A DNA stretch of 64,000 bases from Eledone cirrhosa (taxonomy: Eukaryota), in contig OZ024740.1 in NCBI GenBank assembly GCA_964016885.1, positions 353,338,001 through 353,402,000 of the forward strand, read 5' to 3'. Of this stretch, positions 10,626 through 23,748 are shown one piece after another (the first letter of the stretch is position 1; every line of letters begins with the position of its first letter). The position numbers and the translations under genes are program-made. Under the pieces are notes generated by a model. The model was given only the letters and a program-made list of their open reading frames with translations. It did not search any database and had not been told where the DNA came from.

Positions 10626-13600
10626 ATGGCGACGATACTACGAACGAGCTAAGCAATTAGGGCATTTACCGGTGAAGGCGATGTTGTCACTTGGCTGCGA
10701 AAAGTCCGGCTGGTCGCAAGCTTATTGGGGACGCGTTGGTACTCTTCCTTGAGTTGGATGAACACAGCCAAAGGGATGCGCAAAAGATTGAGAGGCGCAT
10801 GATGGAAGCGTTCGCGGAGGGACCGTTAGCCGCTTTTGCTAAGCTGGCAAGAATTAGATGGAACGGTGAACGCGTTGACATTTTCGCAGCGGAAATACGG
10901 CGATTGGCCATGTTGGCTGGATATCAGGTGGAATGCGAACGCACGGTGCGGTTGGCGTTCATAAATGAATTTCCAGACGACATAGCGGTGAAACTGCAGC
11001 AAGTTCCGGGTTACAAAGAAATGGAGATACATCCACTGGTGGAGCAAGCCCGCATCATAGCAGAAGATGCCTAGAAGAGTGTCGCGGCGATAGCAACTAC
11101 AGAGGCTCAAGACAGCCGGCAGCGAAATGGTGAAAGGGAGGCAACCACGGCACGCGGTCGCCCGCGAACGTTTAGAGGTCGTTGTTTTAGGTGCCAGGGC
11201 CCGCACATGGCGAGAGACTGTAGAGTCAAGGCCGGAAATAATATGCTACCGGTGTAAGCGACCAGGCCACATCGCTACTAACTGCGACCAGGGAAACGAT
11301 CCAAGGGGAACTACTGCGCCGGTAGTTGCCCCTTACGAGTAGAGGCGCTGCCCGTGGTGGAAGTCTTCGTGAGGGGAAAGCCACAGCGAGCCCTCGTGGA
11401 CACGGGCTGTACGACGGCGGGGGTGGCGCAGAGGTGGAGAGGGAAGAGCAGCATAAGGGCAGTCAACGGTAGGAAAATTGAATGCCGAGGTCGCAGTGAG
11501 TTGGAGATGGCGGTATGGGGAAGGAAAATAAGGCTTTCTGCCATCGTAGTCGACAACGTGGTGGATGGGATCGGCGTGGTTATGGGCATGGACGCAATTG
11601 GCCGTCTAGGAGGCGTCACATTGAACAACGTCGGTGTGTCGTTTGGCGGCGCTGCATCGGTATGCACTGTGAGTACGCGACAGGAGAAGCAGAAGGCCCA
11701 CGAGGAGAAATACCCCGCTTACATTGTGCAGGACAAAGACTTCAAGGCCGTGTTCGATGGGTTGCTATCAACACACATTGAAGGGAGACATTAGGAGCGA
11801 GAGGTAGAGAGATGGATTGAGGAGGTGAAGTGCGGAGTATTGTCGTTAATGGCGGTGGCGCAACCCACGAAGAACAAGGTGAGGCCGGTACTGGACTTTC
11901 GGGAGCTGAACGAGCACGTGTCATGCCACACGGGTGGTGAGGTCACGGATGTCTATGGGGAAACCCTGCGTGAGTGGAGACGCATGACGGGGGGTTCCGC
12001 AATCGTAGATCTAAAGTCGGCATACTTACAATTGCATATAGATGAGAAGCTCTGGCAGTATTAGCTGGTATAAGGGCCGGACATATTGCCTGACCAGGCT
12101 CGGTTTCGGGCTGAGCTCCGCACCGAAGATCATGGCGGCGGTCCTCAAGACCATTCTGGGAAAGGCCGACAAGATGAAGAGGGCCACTAATTCCTACATT
12201 GACGACATCCTAGTGGACGAGTCTGTAGTGTCGGCGGCGGAGGTCACGAGCCATTTACAGCGGTATGGACTGGCTGCGTAGCCGTCAGAAGCGTTGGAGG
12301 GAGGAGCCGCGCTGGGACTTAGGCTACGGCGAGACAGGACGGGCGTCTTCATATTCCAGAGGGGAAATGAAGTTCCAGAACTGGGCCCAAGTATGAGTAG
12401 GCGGGAGCTTTTCTCGGTGTGTGGAAAGTTGGTAGGTCACTACCCGATTGCTGGGTGGCTCCGGACGGCATGCAGCTATGTCAAGAGACGAGCGGGAAGC
12501 GTGACTTGGAGTGACAGAGAGGACGGTGGCCATGATGCAGGAGATCGTGGAGAGGGTGAAGGCCGACGACCCAGTGCGGGGACGCTGGTATGTTCCCAAA
12601 TCGCAGAGCGGGACCGTATGGTGCGATGCCAGCAGCATAGCGCTGGGTGTCACGTTGGAGATAGGAGGTGTTGAGGTCGAGGATGCAGCCTGGCTTAGGA
12701 AGAAGGACGACTGCAACCATATCAATGTGGCCGAACTGGACGCGGTGTTGAGAGGGGTGAACCTCGCCCTGAGGTGGGGACTGCGCACCATCGAGATATG
12801 CACCGACTCGGCTACTGTACTCGGATGGGTGATATCAGTGCTCACCAGTGAGAAGAGAGTGCGAACGAGAGGGGCGGCGGAGATGCTGATAAAGCGCCGC
12901 CTGGGAACTTTAGGAGAGCTGGCCACCAAGTTCGACCTGATGCTGAGCGTAGTTTTCGTGACCCCAGAGAAAAATAGGGCGGACGTCTTAACCAGGGTGA
13001 AGAAAGCCTGGATGGAAGCGCCGGAGGATGTAGAAAAGGAGATAGCTGCCGTGTGTCGGCTGACCGAGTCGGATCTGAAAGGGTTGCATGACATGCACCA
13101 CATGGGAGTGGATAGGACCCTGTTCCTAGCCAGGAGAATCGATTCAGACGTTAACAGACACAGTGTTCAAAGGGTGGTTAGAGGCTGCGTCCGATGTCAG
13201 TCCATTGATCCTGCCCCGGGTGTGCACGAAACGGGATGCCTCCCGGTGGATCGCGATTGGCGGTGGATGTAACGCACTACCGACAGGGAACGTACTTCTC
13301 GATGGTTGACTGTGAACCAGGACGGATGGCGATATGGAGGGAGATGAAGACTGGAACGGCCGAGGAAATCATGCGGACGTTGAGAGAGGTGTTCTTGGAG
13401 CGGGGCCCTGTGGACGAACTGCTGATGGACAATAGCGCAGCGTTCCGCTCGGAGGCGCTGAGGGAGATGCTCGATGGATGGAAGGTGGACCGTTTCTTCA
13501 GAGCAGCGTACAGGCCGAGCGGAAATAGAATTGTGGAGCGACACCACCGGACGATCAAGGCAATGGCGGAGCGGGGCCACATCTCACCAATGGAGGCAGT

Positions 13601-14034
13601 GTTCTGGTACAACATGTCCCCTCGGGTGGGACAGGTTGAGGAATCGGTGCCACACAGAGCAGTATTCAGATACGAGTGGCGGTACCCGTGCACGCCACCA
13701 CAACGGCCAGTGGGGAGAGAGAATGCATTCGTGCAGGTGGTTCGATGAAGTCTGGGTTAAACCCCCAGATGCACGTTGCACATCTCAATGGGGAAGGGGA
13801 ACGGTGGCGGCCGTAAATTCCCAGAACAATGTGTCCGTGGACGGAGTACCACGTCATGTCCTGGATGTCCGTAGAATTACTGTGTCAACAGACTCCGAGG
13901 AAGAGGAAACCCAAAGTGCCGCCCCAACACTGCGGAGATCGCAAAGAAGTCGCAAACCACCAACCTGGACAGCAGACTTTCATATGCATAAGGACGAGGG
14001 GGAAATTGATCCTTCAGATCATGGGGGCGTGTAG
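10626..14034 (+). pseudogene. Disrupted gag-pol of LTR copy 2
   Basis: CYRCKRPGHIATNC knuckle; RALVDTG protease; SYIDDIL RT; WCDAS/HINVAELD/TDS/NRAD RNase H; HHCC plus DDE integrase. Confidence 0.92.
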
Positions 14035-14251
14035 GTATGGTGTGGTGTGCGGTGGCCGGAAGCTGGGGAGTGCTTGACCGGAAGGGTGCTCGACCGGAAG
14101 GGCCAGCAGATCGGTCTCTCTCTAATCAGGAACGGTGTGGACGCGAGTTTGGCAGCTCCCGGGTGGTAATGAGTTGGACGTGGAAGAGGAGAAACCAGCG
14201 ATGGGATTTAGCGGCGCCTATGAAAAGCGGTAAGTGAGATAGCTTTTTCTA
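14030..14251 (+). repeat. 3' LTR of copy 2 (terminal ACCACA lost)
   Basis: Direct repeat of 10233-10480. Confidence 0.9.
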
Positions 14252-14547
14252 CTTTTGGCACAAGGCCAGCAATTATCCAGTGCATTACTGGTAAGAACAA
14301 AAACACAAGGTGTGAGCTGTTGCCGATTGTCGCACTTGGCAGTGAATCCCCCCCCCCCCTTTTTTTTTCTTCTTTTCCCTTTCTTTCCTTCCTTTATCAT
14401 TTTTGTTCATGATTTTATATTCTTGTGTCATTACACATGTAATTTGTTTGTGTTTTCGTTCTGTAGGCATTGTATTCTTATATTTCTTTTTATGCAACTG
14501 GGTACATTACTGAATCTTAAAGGATCCACAGTTCTATACATATTTGT

Positions 14548-15504
14548 ACTAGACATGAAAAATGCGCAAGCTCAAAAGTGCCACAGAATGTTATAATAAA
14601 CCTTCAAAAGTGTGGGACTAGAGTTGTTGCTAAAAAATATTGTAATCATTATATATCGTACATTCTGTGGCATCCTTTATAAAAATAGCTTAAACCAACG
14701 AAGCCTTTATTTTTACGCTATTTCACTTAGTTAATTCTTAGAGTGTAACATATAAAAATATGATTTACAACTATAAAATAAATTAATTAATATAATAACA
14801 GAGCTGCGGAGCTGAAATTTAGGAAATAATGGAGTATCGGATCCTGAGTTGGAGCCAGTCAATTTTTGGCCGACTCCGCAGCCCTGTATAATACATTTCA
14901 TATTAAAGTTATTAATAAACCTATTTTACACTGCATGCAAATTACCATGAGATATTGATATTAGATATAAGATACAGCGCAATATCTACAGCTGTAAAAG
15001 TACGAAAGCGAAGTAATAATAAGTGGCTTAAGGTAATTCCAATATGAAAGTTTGTAGTGATAAAAATTTGATAATGCAATACGATTGTTAATATTATAGT
15101 TCTATGAAAATGTAACAATAGATAACTAAATTATTTTACTATTAGTATATTTAAGAAATTATCATTATAGATTTGATCGTTCATATAAGCATCATATTAA
15201 TTTTCAACACAATTATTTTGTTACTATGAGTATATGATAATAATATTACGTAATTATTTATAGCTGTTATTACATTAAACATAGATGTATTTATTTTTAT
15301 ATGTTACACTCTAAGAATTAACTAAGTGAAATAGCGTAAAAATAAAGGCTTCGTTGGTTTAAGCTATTTTTATAAAGGATGCCACAGAATGTACGATATA
15401 TAATGATTACAATATTTTTTAGCAACAACTCTAGTCCCACACTTTTGAAGGTTTATTATAACATTCTGTGGCACTTTTGAGCTTGCGCATTTTTCATGTC
15501 TAGT
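14548..15504. repeat. 213-bp inverted repeat pair with ~530-bp spacer
   Basis: 14548-14760 is the reverse complement of 15292-15504, no mismatches seen by eye. Confidence 0.92.
14799..14886. mobile_element. Small hAT MITE
   Basis: TIRs CAGAGCTGCGGAG / CTCCGCAGCCCTG; 8-bp TSD TATAATAA/TATAATAC. Confidence 0.75.
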
Positions 15505-16059
15505 TTAATATTTTTTTAAGGCAACGCTTGTAATAACTCTAGTTAAACAGGATATATATTAATAATAAATTATCGTTGTAATGTAATTAGATTATGTAAT
15601 TGTTATTATAAATTATCTTATAAATATTAGTGTAAGATGTATAAAAATATTTTCAGACTTTTAATATAAACAACTACAAAAAACAATCAATATTAAATCA
15701 ATATATTATACATAATAGAAAACATAAAATAAACAATACAAAAACAAAATATTTACATACAATTGCAATTATCAGTGTATATACATTTTCTTTATATTCC
15801 CTGAGCAAATTAATAAGATTTGTTTTTATTGTACATAATTTGATGACTTGTTGGAGTGTATTAAAAGATAGCAACAATTTGTGATTAAATTGTTATCTTA
15901 AGCAACTCACTTTTTAATATTTGTTGGCTGAGCGAAATTGTAAAAGCCTATGAGCAAATATAAAAAAAAATACACAAACAACATTTCCTTGTGTTATTAC
16001 AACATTAGATAAAATAATTGAGCAATGTCGTTATATTTTGCTCTTATTGCACATTAATA

Positions 16060-16228
16060 GTGTTTCTATTTTTCGGCACAAATCCATTACGGCAGTCCAT
16101 TACTGGTACTTTATTTTATCGAATTAGTAAGTATGAAAGTCGAAGTTAACCTCGGCAGGATTTGAACTTAGAATGCAAAGGACCATAACAATACTGCAAA
16201 GCATGGTGTCTGACGCTCTACCAATACT
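16060..16228 (-). mobile_element. tRNA-derived SINE (family 1), diverged
   Basis: Reverse complement of the SINE at 50019-50211. Confidence 0.75.
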
Positions 16229-16696
16229 TGTGTTGAGCTGGTCATTAATTTATTGTGGTCGTGCGTGGAGTAGAGCAATCGCTAGTTGAAATATTATGAA
16301 CAAAACATTTTTATTTGCCGAAGAACATATTTTCAATACTGTTTGTGAATGTGACGAAGGAAATACATTCTGATATGGAACAGTGTACAAAGTGTGTCTG
16401 TGAATAACATAATGTTACCTCATGTTGTTGTCAAGACATAATGGATTTCGTATATCCAATTAGAAGATGAAACCTAGCCATCTCGGATTAGTTATATTTC
16501 ATGCCATGTGTAAACGTGTTTGAGGATAGCAAAATATGCGTGTTTCTTGTCTGGAAACTTTCTGCTAAACTGATTGGTTTCGTTTTTGGCACTATACAAT
16601 ACTCATCCAACAGATAGCTGTATTGGATCCTTGATTGGTTAATATTTAGGTGAGGGTGCTTGATGCAGAGTTAGTGCAAAATGGATCAATGAGTGT

Positions 16697-17350
16697 AATA
16701 ATAATAATGATAATAATAATGAAAATATTGTGTACAATGCTGAGGTGCACTACAACTCATCAAAAGTGCATATATAATACATAGGGTAATATAAAAACGT
16801 CAGGAAAAAAGAACAGTGCATGAGTCATGATATACACATATGTGCTTGTGTATGGAAGGGGGACATCAGGTGTAGTTTTGGTGTATTTCGGAATGTATGA
16901 TGGTTTTAAAGGATGCAGTGTGTCATCAGCTAACAACTGATGCAGGAAGTTTGTTCCATCCTTCAGCAACTCTGAGCATGAAGAAATATTTCCTAAAGTC
17001 ATGGGAGCTGTGTTGTTTTCTGACTTTGTAGGCATGTCCACGTGTTAAACACATGGAGATCAAAAAGGTGTTCGGGGTTGTTGTTGGTCGGATGGTTAAT
17101 AACTTTGTGGGTGTTTACCAAGTCCATTGCCAGAGGGAAGCAAAATATTCAGGGTATGGTAGGTGTCTGATGGAGGGTATGCGCTTGGTTGCATGTCTCT
17201 GAACAGTTTCCAGGAGGTCAATGTTCTGAGCAAGATAGGGGTTCCAGACTGATGACGCAAACTCCAAGTGTATTCGTACCATAGATGTATACAGCTTTAA
17301 ATAGATGGCTGGAGAGCAGCTAATGAAGGTCTTGCTGATTGATGCCAAGT
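16697..17350 (-). mobile_element. CR1-clade LINE 3' fragment
   Basis: LYTSMVRIHLEFASSVWNPY..DLLETVQRHATK motif typical of CR1 ORF2 C-terminus; (ATT)n-type tail near 16697-16720. Confidence 0.8.
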
Positions 17351-17534
17351 CAATCTTAATAAATTGACTGATTTATCTGTTCACTACTGCTAATCCACCG
17401 CTGTTTGTACAATTTTTTAGATAATGTCAATTTGAGCTTGAATCATTGGCGTAATGAAATTTGAAAAGATTATAAGCAAATCTTTTTTAAAATACACAGA
17501 CAACATTTAACTGTATCGTTGCAACATTAGATCT

Positions 17535-17715
17535 AATAATTGTTTCTACTTTAGGCACAAGGCCAGCAATTACCCAGTGCATTACTGGTACTTTATTTTA
17601 TCTACCCCGTAAGGATGAAAGGCAAAGTCAACCTCGGCAGGATTTGAACTCAGATCGTAAAGGGACGTAACTATGCTGGAAAGCATGGCATCCGACCCTC
17701 TACCAATACTGCCAA
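17535..17715 (-). mobile_element. tRNA-derived SINE (family 1)
   Basis: B-box GAGTTCAAATCC and core CTTTGCCTTTCATCCTTACGGGG on the minus strand. Confidence 0.85.
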
Positions 17716-17741
17716 AATAATGGAGCAACATTTGTGCAGAA

Positions 17742-18140
17742 TTATTGTTTGTGCAATAAGATATTTGCAGATCTGTACTTGGTCTGCTCTTTAGCCAACT
17801 CGGTACGTTTAGAAGCTCTACGCTCGGCTTGCTTTTGAGATATAATAGCTGAATTTGCAGATCTATACTTGGCCTGCTTGTTTGCCAACTCATACCGTTT
17901 TGAACATCTATACTTGGCCTGTTTTTGTGTTAATTTAGCAAAATTCACAGCTCTATAATCGGCCTGTTTTTGTCTCAACTTCTCCCGATTCCGCATCCGG
18001 TAAGCTGCTTTCACATCCAATTTAATACGCCCATCTAGATTATTAGCACAGGAATGTGAACAAGCTTGTGGGACCGCATCATTGTATATATGAACTGCCT
18101 GCAACATCAAGACCCAATTCACAAGTGCAGCGTTGCTCAT
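17742..18140 (-). other. ORF fragment with ~14-aa basic repeats (KQAKYR.AN), probably TE-derived
   Basis: Imperfect 42-bp tandem units across about 17760-18000; no splice context found. Confidence 0.4.
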
Positions 18141-18422
18141 TCACATCGGCAGTGGGGACACCAAAATCAGTGACAGGTCTCGATTCACTCGCGAGATACA
18201 TCACAGCTACACTATATATTTAAACATATATACAGTGATACCTCGCTACTTGGCGGTTCAACTATCGCGGATTCACGATTTCGCGCATTTCTAGAATATA
18301 TATATGAACACCTAAAATTTTTCATTAAATCCATTAAAATATTAATAATTGTTTCTACTTTTGGCACAAGGCCAGCAATTATCCAGTACATTACTGGTAC
18401 TTTATTTTATCGACCCCATAAG

Positions 18423-19033
<611 letters not shown>

Positions 19034-19041
<8 letters not shown>

Positions 19042-19227
19042 GTGATAAAATTTCAAGCAAAGAGTTTAATTAGGTAATGATTTACAAATTTGTTTCAGTA
19101 TATAGACAAAGCCTGAAGCGCTAATTATAATAATTAGTTAATAATATTATATTAAAGATATACTGAAACAAATTTGTAAGTCATTACCTAATTAAACTCT
19201 TTGCTTGAAATGTTATCATTCTTCGTT
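19034..19227. repeat. 70-bp inverted repeat with 54-bp spacer
   Basis: 19034-19103 versus 19158-19227, a few mismatches. Confidence 0.85.
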
Positions 19228-20616
19228 GAGAGAGAGAGAGAGAGAGAGAGAGATTTATCTAGTCCTTCGCTCAAGATTAATCTATAAGTTTAGATGTCTG
19301 CCTTCGTTTAAGTAAATATTACAGTAAGATTTTTAATATAAACAACTACAAAAAACAATTAATATTAAAACGAAAAAATTATCAATGATAAAAGAAGCGG
19401 ATGCAACTTTTTTTTTTTTATAAAGTTATATTCCTGTTTCTTTAAAGAACATTTCATTTTTGTTCTATTGTAGGCGAAATAATGCAATGGTTTAATAGGG
19501 AAGATATAACTTACCAATTATGTCTCTAACCGTGTAACGCTTTTTAAGTAGATAACTACAATTGAAAATACTAAAGAAATGGAACCAACAATTCAATTTG
19601 AAAGTCGTCTACTTATAGTGACAGTGTATTACTGGTACTTTATTTTATCGACCCCGTAACGACGAAAGGCAAAAATGCAAATGTTTAAAATTTAAATTGC
19701 CTTAATTCTATCGTCTGCTGTTTCATTAAAGGGAGATTCTCGTCTGTATTTAATTCTATCGTCTACTGTTCCACTAAACAGATATACCTCCACTATCGTC
19801 TCTATTTATACATTTTAACTTATAACTTATACACATTTGATTTGAAATATTTTATCTAGTCCGCCCTCTCAATATTATGATGATTTCTTTCGAATGAAAC
19901 AGTTCTAGTCCTGTAGAAGCCATTTATATATATAATTGAACTGAGTTAAAAATTCACAATATTTATAATTAAATAAGCTCATATATATATGTGTGTATTT
20001 ATCTGTTTATTGTATTATATATAATGTGTGTATATACAGGATGTCCCCCAAAAATATATACACACTTCAACAGCATTCTAATAACTATTGCCTGTACAGG
20101 TAATCAAAGTGTCAATCGAATGTTAGTTTCGTGTTTTAACAGTACAAATTTACAATACACACATAAAACCAGTCTATATACATACATGAGTGTGTATACA
20201 CATACATGAATGTGTATATACAATATATATGTATATATATATATATATAGACACATATATTCACGGTGCAACGGAACATTAAAATATATATGCGGGAGGG
20301 GGGTGTATATATAGGGGCGCTGGGGATAAAGGAGTGTAAAGCGTGTGTAATTGATATATTGAAGGAGAGGAGCGTGCAGCGATAGAGTAACAAATATATA
20401 GAGAGGGGGAGAGATGGTATTGAAGGGGAGGAGTGCAAAGCGAAAGAGTAAGAGAGATATATATATAGAGACGGAACAGATAGAGAGAAACAGGCGTAAG
20501 TAACAGTGGAAGAGATATATAGAGAGGGGGAAATGTGTTATTGAAGGGGAGGAGTGTAAAGCGAAAGCGTAAGATATATATAGAGAGAGGGGGAATAGTA
20601 TAAATATATATATATA

Positions 20617-20651
<35 letters not shown>

Positions 20652-20812
20652 ACACTTACTCTGATTGGTTGAAAATTAGCCAATGACATACGATCACCAC
20701 CACCACGGCTATCCCCGAAAAATTTATGAAGAAGCTAGGCATATATGTTAGAACACGAAAAGTGAACATTCTGTTGTTTCACACTTTTCGTGTTCTAACA
20801 GATAATTAAATG

Positions 20813-21556
20813 GGCGTTCCTTACTTTTAGCGGTGTCAAGAATGAAAGTAAATTTATTTTCATTTTCGAACGTCGTGTTTACATTTTGTGTGTGTGTGTG
20901 TTTAAACGAAACATGCTGGCGACGAAGCTTCTTCTTTGCACGGCTCCATGTGTTCTCTATGAGCTGTGTGTGCACATCAGGGTCCGCAGGATCTACAAAG
21001 TTCCGTTCGTGCACCACAACATCATGAACGTAAATCCCACCTTCAATTTCCGAATAGGAAGCCCAACCATCTTGTAATGAGGCTTGCAGAATGGTGAGTC
21101 CATTATTGTCGAGATAGACGAATCCAAATGCTTCTATAGAAAGTATCATCATGGCCTGTAGAGACAAGGCCACTGGGTCTTCGGCGCTGTTGAACGCCAT
21201 TCTGGACGCTGCTGCCTTGTAGAAGTCCCAAATCGAAGCCGTGACACTCTCGTCCCCCTCATTCAGCAGTGGATTTTGCCAGACAGCCGCATCATCTCCG
21301 ATGGTTGGGCTTCCTATTCGGAAATTGAAGGTGGGATTTACGTTCATGATGTTGTGGTGCACGAACGGAACTTTGTAGATCCTGCGGACCCTGATGTGAA
21401 CACACAGCTCATAGAGAACACATGGAACCGTGCAAAGAAGAAGCTTCGTCGCCAGCATGTTTCGTTTAAACACACACACACAAAATGTAAACACGACGTT
21501 CGAAAATGAAAATAAATTTACTTTCATTCTTGACACCGCTAAAAGTAAGGAACGCC
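20813..21556. repeat. ~258-bp inverted duplication of the Merlin fragment 3' part
   Basis: 20813-21071 is the reverse complement of 21300-21556 with a few substitutions and one CA-unit difference. Confidence 0.9.
21084..21460 (+). mobile_element. Merlin (ISXO2/IS1595-like) DDE transposase fragment
   Basis: IVEIDES..RKYH.G..WVFGAVER..DTLVPLIQQWILPDSRIISDGWASY..V.H..NFVDP...NTQLIENTW; one in-frame stop. Confidence 0.88.
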
Positions 21557-22538
21557 AATTAAATGTATAATTTCCTGCAAAATATACTTGTCGCGTAGCA
21601 GCCTTGTGGAAATATCCAAAGTAGTGGAGACGGTCATGTGGTGTCATGATCTGTAACATAGTTTGGTATTGGTGACCGCGGAGTGTGTAGTAGAAAATGT
21701 GGGCTTGGTGATATTTATTATTATTATTTTTTTTTTTTATATCGGAGCAAGAATTTTCAATAACTAGGTTTGTTATTTTATTTGGGAGAAACGGAGTGCA
21801 TTTTAGAGCTAACCCAAGGGCTGGGCCTAGAGACAGTGTATAGTTGATTGAATGGATTCCAGCATTAAATGACTCATTTTATTGATCCGTGATAATGAAA
21901 AGCAAAGTTAATTTTCATGAGATATACGAGTATGCTCAGAATGCAAAGTGTCACAACTATATAAGTAGTTTAGCTCTAAGTTTCAACCCTGAACCAACAG
22001 ATCAATAATCAACGACATTCCACCCATGACCAATCCATCTTTTACTCAAACAGTAATTCTAGCCTAGCTTTATCCAACGTGTACTCCCTATGATTTCTAT
22101 CAGTTCTCTTTGTTGGTTCGAAATATAAGTAATTTAATCCGGCACTTTAGCGTTTCCGGAATTCCATCACCTCCCTGCAACAAGTTTAACGTCATAGAAG
22201 CTTATTCGGAAGGAGAGACATTTTTTTAAAAAGATGACTGACCTCACTCCTATTCACACTCATTATTTTCCATTCTTACTTCCCAGTCATTCCGTCCACG
22301 TCTGGCTATCTTTTCCTTTGTCATTTGTCATTACCACAATCCACAACACAAATTCTTTGTTTTCTTCTCTCGCCTTTTCCCTTTTCCTCTTCTTACTCCA
22401 TCTCTCTCCTTTGTATCCATCTTATCAATTCTTCTTTACTTCCCTTTCTTTTCCTCACACATTTGCTCTTTTACATACGCACATATAAACTTTTTCGCCA
22501 ACCTCTTTCTCCTAATCTTTCTCTTTCCCTTTCTTCCC

Positions 22539-22592
<54 letters not shown>

Positions 22593-23690
22593 GTGTGTGT
22601 GTGTGTATATATATATGTGTGATGTGTGTGTATATATACATATATGTATGTGTGTGTTTACATGTTGATCAAACTACTCTTTTATAAGTTTCAGTGATTG
22701 GATAGCGACCATGCTGGGACAACCCTCCCCTCCTCTCTCCCACAATGAAATACTCATTAACAGTTTACACACAGCCGTCGGCAACCAGACACACACACAC
22801 ATTCCTCTTTCTTTCTCCTCTCTACATGATATATTTTCCCTCTCTCATTAACCCAGTCAGTCTCCTGCGTCTTTTACAATAAGAACAAGCTCAGCACACA
22901 TGGGAAGCTTTAACTTTTAACATTAAAAACACATACACACAATCCATTTATTTACTAACCATTGATATTTGTAAATATCAAGTTATGCAATATGTTTTCA
23001 CAAGTCAACCATGAGTAACTTGGATGCATCCATGCGGTCATCCGACTAGCTAGAAACAACAGCCAATTTCCCTCAAAGTATACTCTGCTGCATAAAAAGG
23101 AAAGATACCTTAAACTATGTAGTCCTTGGTTTACTAAATGTCTGAATAATAACATTTAAAACTCTTGAGCATCACTGTTGGATCAAGCCTAACCTATGGT
23201 TAAACAACATTAACAACCTGTAGACAAACTGTCCATCTTTACTCTTTATTCAAATATATTTTGTTTGAACCCAGCAAACGATATTACACATCGTTCGACC
23301 TAGCATGGTAGCTCGAATTGGTAAAAATAGCAGCCAAATCTTATTCAGAATACAATCTATTGTGTTATAAGTGGAAAGACAGAATAACTGTGTCCTGGAT
23401 GTAGTGTCTTAGGAAAATTACTCGGATTGTGACAGTCTGTGAGCTGCTGGACCAGAACTAACCTGTTAGATAACACATCAATAGCATCATCAAGATTGAA
23501 AACTGTGCCTCCGTCATCATTGTTACTACTACTACTACTATCATCATCATCGAATGTTCTGCTACATCAGTGGTATTATAACAAGCCTGTTGCCATCACC
23601 ACTATTACTACACTGGTAGTAGTAGTATTTTATTGTACTGTGCTACTCTGTAACGGACTGAATCAAACGGGGAAAACTGGGACTAGCGTA

Positions 23691-23748
23691 ATGGCTCTCA
23701 AAGTTGACAATGAGGGTCTCACAGGAAAAACATCACGTGGACAAACAG
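23691..23748 (+). CDS. CERKL: Ceramide kinase family (CERKL-like) protein, probable first coding exon
   Basis: ATG GCT..MALKVDNEGLTGKTSRGQT, donor G|GTAGGT in phase 1, compatible with exon 2; start codon uncertain. Confidence 0.55.

Larger units (their letters stand above)
10233..14251 (+). mobile_element. Ty3/Gypsy-type LTR retrotransposon, copy 2, inserted in the tail of a minus-strand SINE
   Basis: LTRs 10233-10486 and 14030-14251; flanks rejoin to SINE sequence AATAATTGTTTC|TACTTTTGGCACAAGG. Confidence 0.95.

Noticed and set aside
12324-13103. Long antisense ORFs over pol, also in copies 1 and 3
   Set aside because: Shadow frames of GC-rich coding sequence with no recognisable motifs or conserved boundaries.
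20748-21659. 303-aa ORF, the longest in the track
   Set aside because: Chimera created by the inverted duplication: antisense Merlin sequence followed by the duplicated sense fragment.
23439-23690. Upstream extension of the exon 1 reading frame
   Set aside because: No in-frame ATG and made largely of trinucleotide microsatellites; treated as probable 5'UTR.
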